Assembly: GCF_039641995.1 (NCBI RefSeq)
Contig: NZ_CP087714.1
Location: 1,654,328-1,678,327, forward strand
DNA: 24,000 nt
Source: Geoglobus acetivorans
GTDB taxonomy: Archaea; Halobacteriota; Archaeoglobi; Archaeoglobales; Archaeoglobaceae
Direction of reading: 5' to 3'
Numbering within the stretch: the first letter of the stretch is position 1; the number at the start of each line of letters is the position of its first letter. The notes beneath the pieces were generated by a model. It had not been told where the DNA came from, ran no database searches, and saw only the letters and a list, made by a program, of their open reading frames with translations. Shown here piece after piece: positions 21,298 through 24,000 of this stretch. The translations under genes were made by a program, and so were the position numbers.

Positions 21298-21954
21298 TCA
21301 TTTTTCGTTCATAATCTTCATTTCCTCGCCAACCTTGAACGTAGAGGTTCCGGGCTTTATGCTCGGAACGACGCTCTGTATCACGTGAAGCTCGTATATT
21401 TCCTCACCGAACGTGAATATGTCCTCCTGCTTTTTGACGTGAAGCGCGACGTCGAACATTCCGGAAAACTGGGCTATGTCGGTCTTCGTGTATGCGTTGT
21501 ATGACGTGAATGCGATTATTCTCAGCCCTTCCGGAGCTTCGTCAGTTAATTTGAGCATGAACCTCTTGGAGCTCTCGTTCGTTGCCACATCGAGAAGCCC
21601 TCTGCCAAGAACGATTAGCGTACCCTTCAGTTTCTTGATGTATTCCGTCAGATCGTCGAGCTGGTCATACCTGTATGTCAGGTGGGCATCGCTCATCCCC
21701 GTTGAGTTCAGGCAGATTATCCTCACCCTGTCTTCCTGCATGTTGAGGAAGTCCATGTTGAACTTCAAAGCCCTGAGCGTGGGATTCGAAATTGCAAGAA
21801 TGGTGATCTGGTCGTCTGATTTTTCCATAACCTTCCCCAGAATTGCCTTTGCAGGGTATATGTTCTCATAAAATACGATGAAGTTGAGATTCGAGGACAC
21901 GAGGAGTTCAACGAATTCTGATGACTGGCTCGGTATTATTTCATTCAGGCTCAT
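21298..21954 (-). CDS. host hypothetical protein; weak resemblance to a degenerate KaiC/RecA-type domain with no Walker A visible
   Basis: 218 aa. The C-terminal pattern FDVALHVKK…YELHVIQSV…TSTFKVGEE resembles the end of KaiC/RadA-like domains. TATA-like TTTAAATA lies 23 nt upstream of the ATG on the - strand. Confidence 0.4.
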   Translation of the reverse strand: MSLNEIIPSQSSEFVELLVSSNLNFIVFYENIYPAKAILGKVMEKSDDQITILAISNPTLRALKFNMDFLNMQEDRVRIICLNSTGMSDAHLTYRYDQLDDLTEYIKKLKGTLIVLGRGLLDVATNESSKRFMLKLTDEAPEGLRIIAFTSYNAYTKTDIAQFSGMFDVALHVKKQEDIFTFGEEIYELHVIQSVVPSIKPGTSTFKVGEEMKIMNEK

Positions 21955-22095
21955 AAAGGTATAACTGGTTTTAAGGCTATTTAAATTTAATTATCACGTA
22001 CTGATTGTGGATGGCCGGAATTTTTCATTACATCGCCTGTCTTCACGGATTTTGAAAAACTATATATCTATCCCGGAGAATCCATTACATAGTTT

Positions 22096-23529
22096 ATGAA
22101 TCCTGAGGATCTGGAAAGGGTGGCGGAGGAGTGGATTGAAAAGATTGCCCCCGGGATCCCATCAGATTTGCAGAACATGGTTGGGTTCATAGCGAGAAGT
22201 ATCGTTGAAGTGCTGTCCGGAAAGAGAACTGTGGATGACCTGGTAGGCGAGGTGGATGAGTCTCTTATCGAGGAATTGATAAGAAGGGGACAGGGTCCCG
22301 AGGACTTTCTGAAGAGAATTGAGCTTCTGGTTGAGATTGTTCGGAAGCATGACAGGGCACAGCAGCAGGAACTGCTTCCAGTAATATGTGAGCTCCAGAT
22401 GAAGGCCCTCGAAAAGGTTCTGAGAGTCTACAGCAGGATAACGGCCGGGGAGGTTCTGGCGAGAAAGAGGGCTGAAAGAGCATACAGAGTTCTCAATGCG
22501 GTAAATGAGGTTATCATAAAGGCAGAGGGAGAGAAAAAAATGCTCGAGGACGTCTGCAGGGTCATCGTGGAGGTTGGAGGGTACAAGCATGCGTGGATCG
22601 GGTATGCCGAGAACGGCAGGGTGATCAGGCTTGCTGCGAAGTACGGCTACAGCCGTGAAGAGCCTGAAAAGCAGCGAAACAGCCTGACAGGTTCGGAGGA
22701 CACAGAACCTTCTGCAGACTTGAGTGCGGATGATGACTGCAGTCCGTGTATAAAAATGGCCGAGAGGGAGGGCTTTGCATCATCGATCGCACTGCCTCTG
22801 AAGTATGACGGCGATATTTACGGCGTTCTGAACATTTACGCCCCTGAAAGCGATGTTTTTGACGATCAGGAGGTGGATCTGCTCACCAAACTGGCGGAGA
22901 ACATATCGTATGCGATCTCCAAGATAAGGACCGAGGCGGAGAAGAAGAAAATTGACCAGCTTTACAGGTTGCTCGTTGACAACACCGGGACTGCAATTCT
23001 GCTGATCGAGGATGGCAGAGTGGTGTTCGCAAACAGAAGGGCGGAGGAGCTTTCCGGTTACTCTAAGGAGCAGCTGATCGGAAAACCGTTCATCGAACTC
23101 GTCTGCGAAAAGGACAGGGAGAAGGTCATGAGAATGCACAGGATGAGGCTTGAAAATCCGGATTCGGTCCCTCAGAGCTACAGGCTGAACTACGTTGACT
23201 CGGCAGGAAACATGCGGAGCGGTGTTGCCATCGTCGCCAAAGTGCCGGAAAGCAGCAAGTTCATCGTGTCTGTTATTGACATTACCGACCTCATGCTTGC
23301 GATAGGGCAGATAGAGGAAAACATCGAGAAATTCGCAATACTCGTCGACAAGATCAGAAATCCTCTTGCGGCAATACACGGCTACGTTGAGGAGTACGTG
23401 GAGGATGAAACCTTGAGGGAGAAAATTTTCGAACAGATTGCCAGGATTGTCAAACTCGTGAATCAGCTTGAAGACGGCTGGATGGAATCAGAGAACGTCA
23501 GGATGTTTCTCAGAAAATTTGAGAGGTAA
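22096..23529 (+). CDS. GAF-PAS sensor protein with degenerate DHp/H-box and no HATPase domain
   Basis: GAF-like region (…HAWIGYAENG…ALPLKYDGDIYGVLNIYAPESDVFDDQEVDLL…). PAS-like region (LLVDNTGTAILLIEDGRVVFANRRAEELSGYSKEQLIGKPF…). H-box-like FAILVDKIRNPLAAIHGY, where Asp-Lys replace the canonical His-Glu. The ORF stops ~60 aa later. Confidence 0.7.
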   Translation: MNPEDLERVAEEWIEKIAPGIPSDLQNMVGFIARSIVEVLSGKRTVDDLVGEVDESLIEELIRRGQGPEDFLKRIELLVEIVRKHDRAQQQELLPVICELQMKALEKVLRVYSRITAGEVLARKRAERAYRVLNAVNEVIIKAEGEKKMLEDVCRVIVEVGGYKHAWIGYAENGRVIRLAAKYGYSREEPEKQRNSLTGSEDTEPSADLSADDDCSPCIKMAEREGFASSIALPLKYDGDIYGVLNIYAPESDVFDDQEVDLLTKLAENISYAISKIRTEAEKKKIDQLYRLLVDNTGTAILLIEDGRVVFANRRAEELSGYSKEQLIGKPFIELVCEKDREKVMRMHRMRLENPDSVPQSYRLNYVDSAGNMRSGVAIVAKVPESSKFIVSVIDITDLMLAIGQIEENIEKFAILVDKIRNPLAAIHGYVEEYVEDETLREKIFEQIARIVKLVNQLEDGWMESENVRMFLRKFER

Positions 23530-23561
23530 AGCCCACACTGGGTTGCGGGATCGCAGTTTCG

Positions 23562-23921
23562 TTATTCAGGACTGTTGATGTACTTTTCTATCGTGCTCAC
23601 CAGGGTGCTTTTTGAGAATGGCTTTTCAACGACCTCCAGGGCTCCAGCCTCGAGCAGATCACTTGCCCTCTGCTTTGCGTACGCAGTAACCCCTATGATC
23701 TTCGCATTCGGGTCCATTCTTTTGATCTCTCTCGTGGCTTCCACACCGTCCATCTCAGGCATGACCACATCCATGAGGACGATGTTCGGCTTGAACACCC
23801 TGTACTTTTCCACTGCCTCCTTGCCGTCTCTCGCCTCGAGTATTGCGTACCTGTCTCCCAGCATCGCTTTAATAACTTCAAGCACGGCATCGTCGTCTTC
23901 AACCACCAGTACAAGTTTCAT
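23562..23921 (-). CDS. CheY-like response regulator receiver domain protein
   Basis: MKLVLVVEDDD…IVLMDVVMPEMDG…IIGVTAY…EKPF has all the receiver hallmarks. ATG at 23921 is preceded by GAGGGGTGA; the track starts one codon earlier at a TTG. Confidence 0.85.
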   Translation of the reverse strand: MKLVLVVEDDDAVLEVIKAMLGDRYAILEARDGKEAVEKYRVFKPNIVLMDVVMPEMDGVEATREIKRMDPNAKIIGVTAYAKQRASDLLEAGALEVVEKPFSKSTLVSTIEKYINSPE

Positions 23922-24000
23922 CAAGACTTTTCACCCCTCTTGTTTGTGTGTTGTTAACCCGTTACATATATCTAACTTTTGGTGATGCTGCAAATATTGA

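Noticed and set aside
22162-23379. - strand ORFs (22162-22590, 22265-22483, 22780-23379) inside the sensor gene, and + strand 23575-23985 opposite the receiver gene
   Set aside because: They are antisense shadows of genes with recognisable GAF/PAS/receiver motifs.
1-24000. CRISPR arrays, rRNA genes, and a second att copy of the tRNA-Leu 3' end within the window
   Set aside because: No regularly spaced short repeats and no rRNA-like sequence were found. No second occurrence of the GGGATTTGAACCCGC-type segment was found by eye, so the left att site is presumably outside the window.

Overview
The window holds the right-hand ~21 kb of an integrated head-tailed archaeal provirus plus ~3 kb of host flank. 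The provirus has an HK97-fold capsid module and a long non-contractile tail; no sheath gene is present. Its morphogenesis genes run on the + strand in canonical order: prohead protease-scaffold fusion, DUF2190-like decoration protein, major capsid protein, adaptor, head-closure, gp10-like, tail-completion, major tail protein, chaperone(s), a 786-aa tape measure, distal tail/baseplate proteins and a fibre. The element ends with a NYN-domain gene and a tyrosine integrase that directly abuts tRNA-Leu(UAA) at 21004-21086 (- strand); the left provirus end lies outside the window. Archaeal signatures are TATA-type promoters ~20 nt upstream of start codons, GGAGGTG-type SD sequences, no encoded CCA on the tRNA, and archaeal-type TnpB and DUF2080-like genes. 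The host flank encodes a degenerate KaiC/RecA-like protein, a GAF-PAS sensor with a degenerate H-box, and a CheY-like receiver. The standout feature is two paralogous ~0.73-kb cassettes, at 6537-7272 and 11664-12397. Each contains a Zn-ribbon gene and an 86-aa RHH-like gene on the - strand, a divergent promoter, and a DUF2080/AbrB-like gene on the + strand. Each cassette drives a different nuclease as the third gene of its - strand operon. Copy 1 carries an intact TnpB with structured RNA at its 3' end. Copy 2 carries a low-GC LAGLIDADG endonuclease with three FCS/TRASH-type zinc fingers. The swap point lies 5-6 nt before the nuclease start codon. Both cassettes sit in gaps between viral late operons and split normally contiguous structural genes. 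Other points of interest are a conserved T-rich-AAAGTC late-promoter motif with fixed spacing to ATGs, a possibly partitioned (SSV-type) integrase reading through the tRNA, a TM-TM-HExxH candidate egress module, and low-GC receptor-binding domain swaps in the tail genes.
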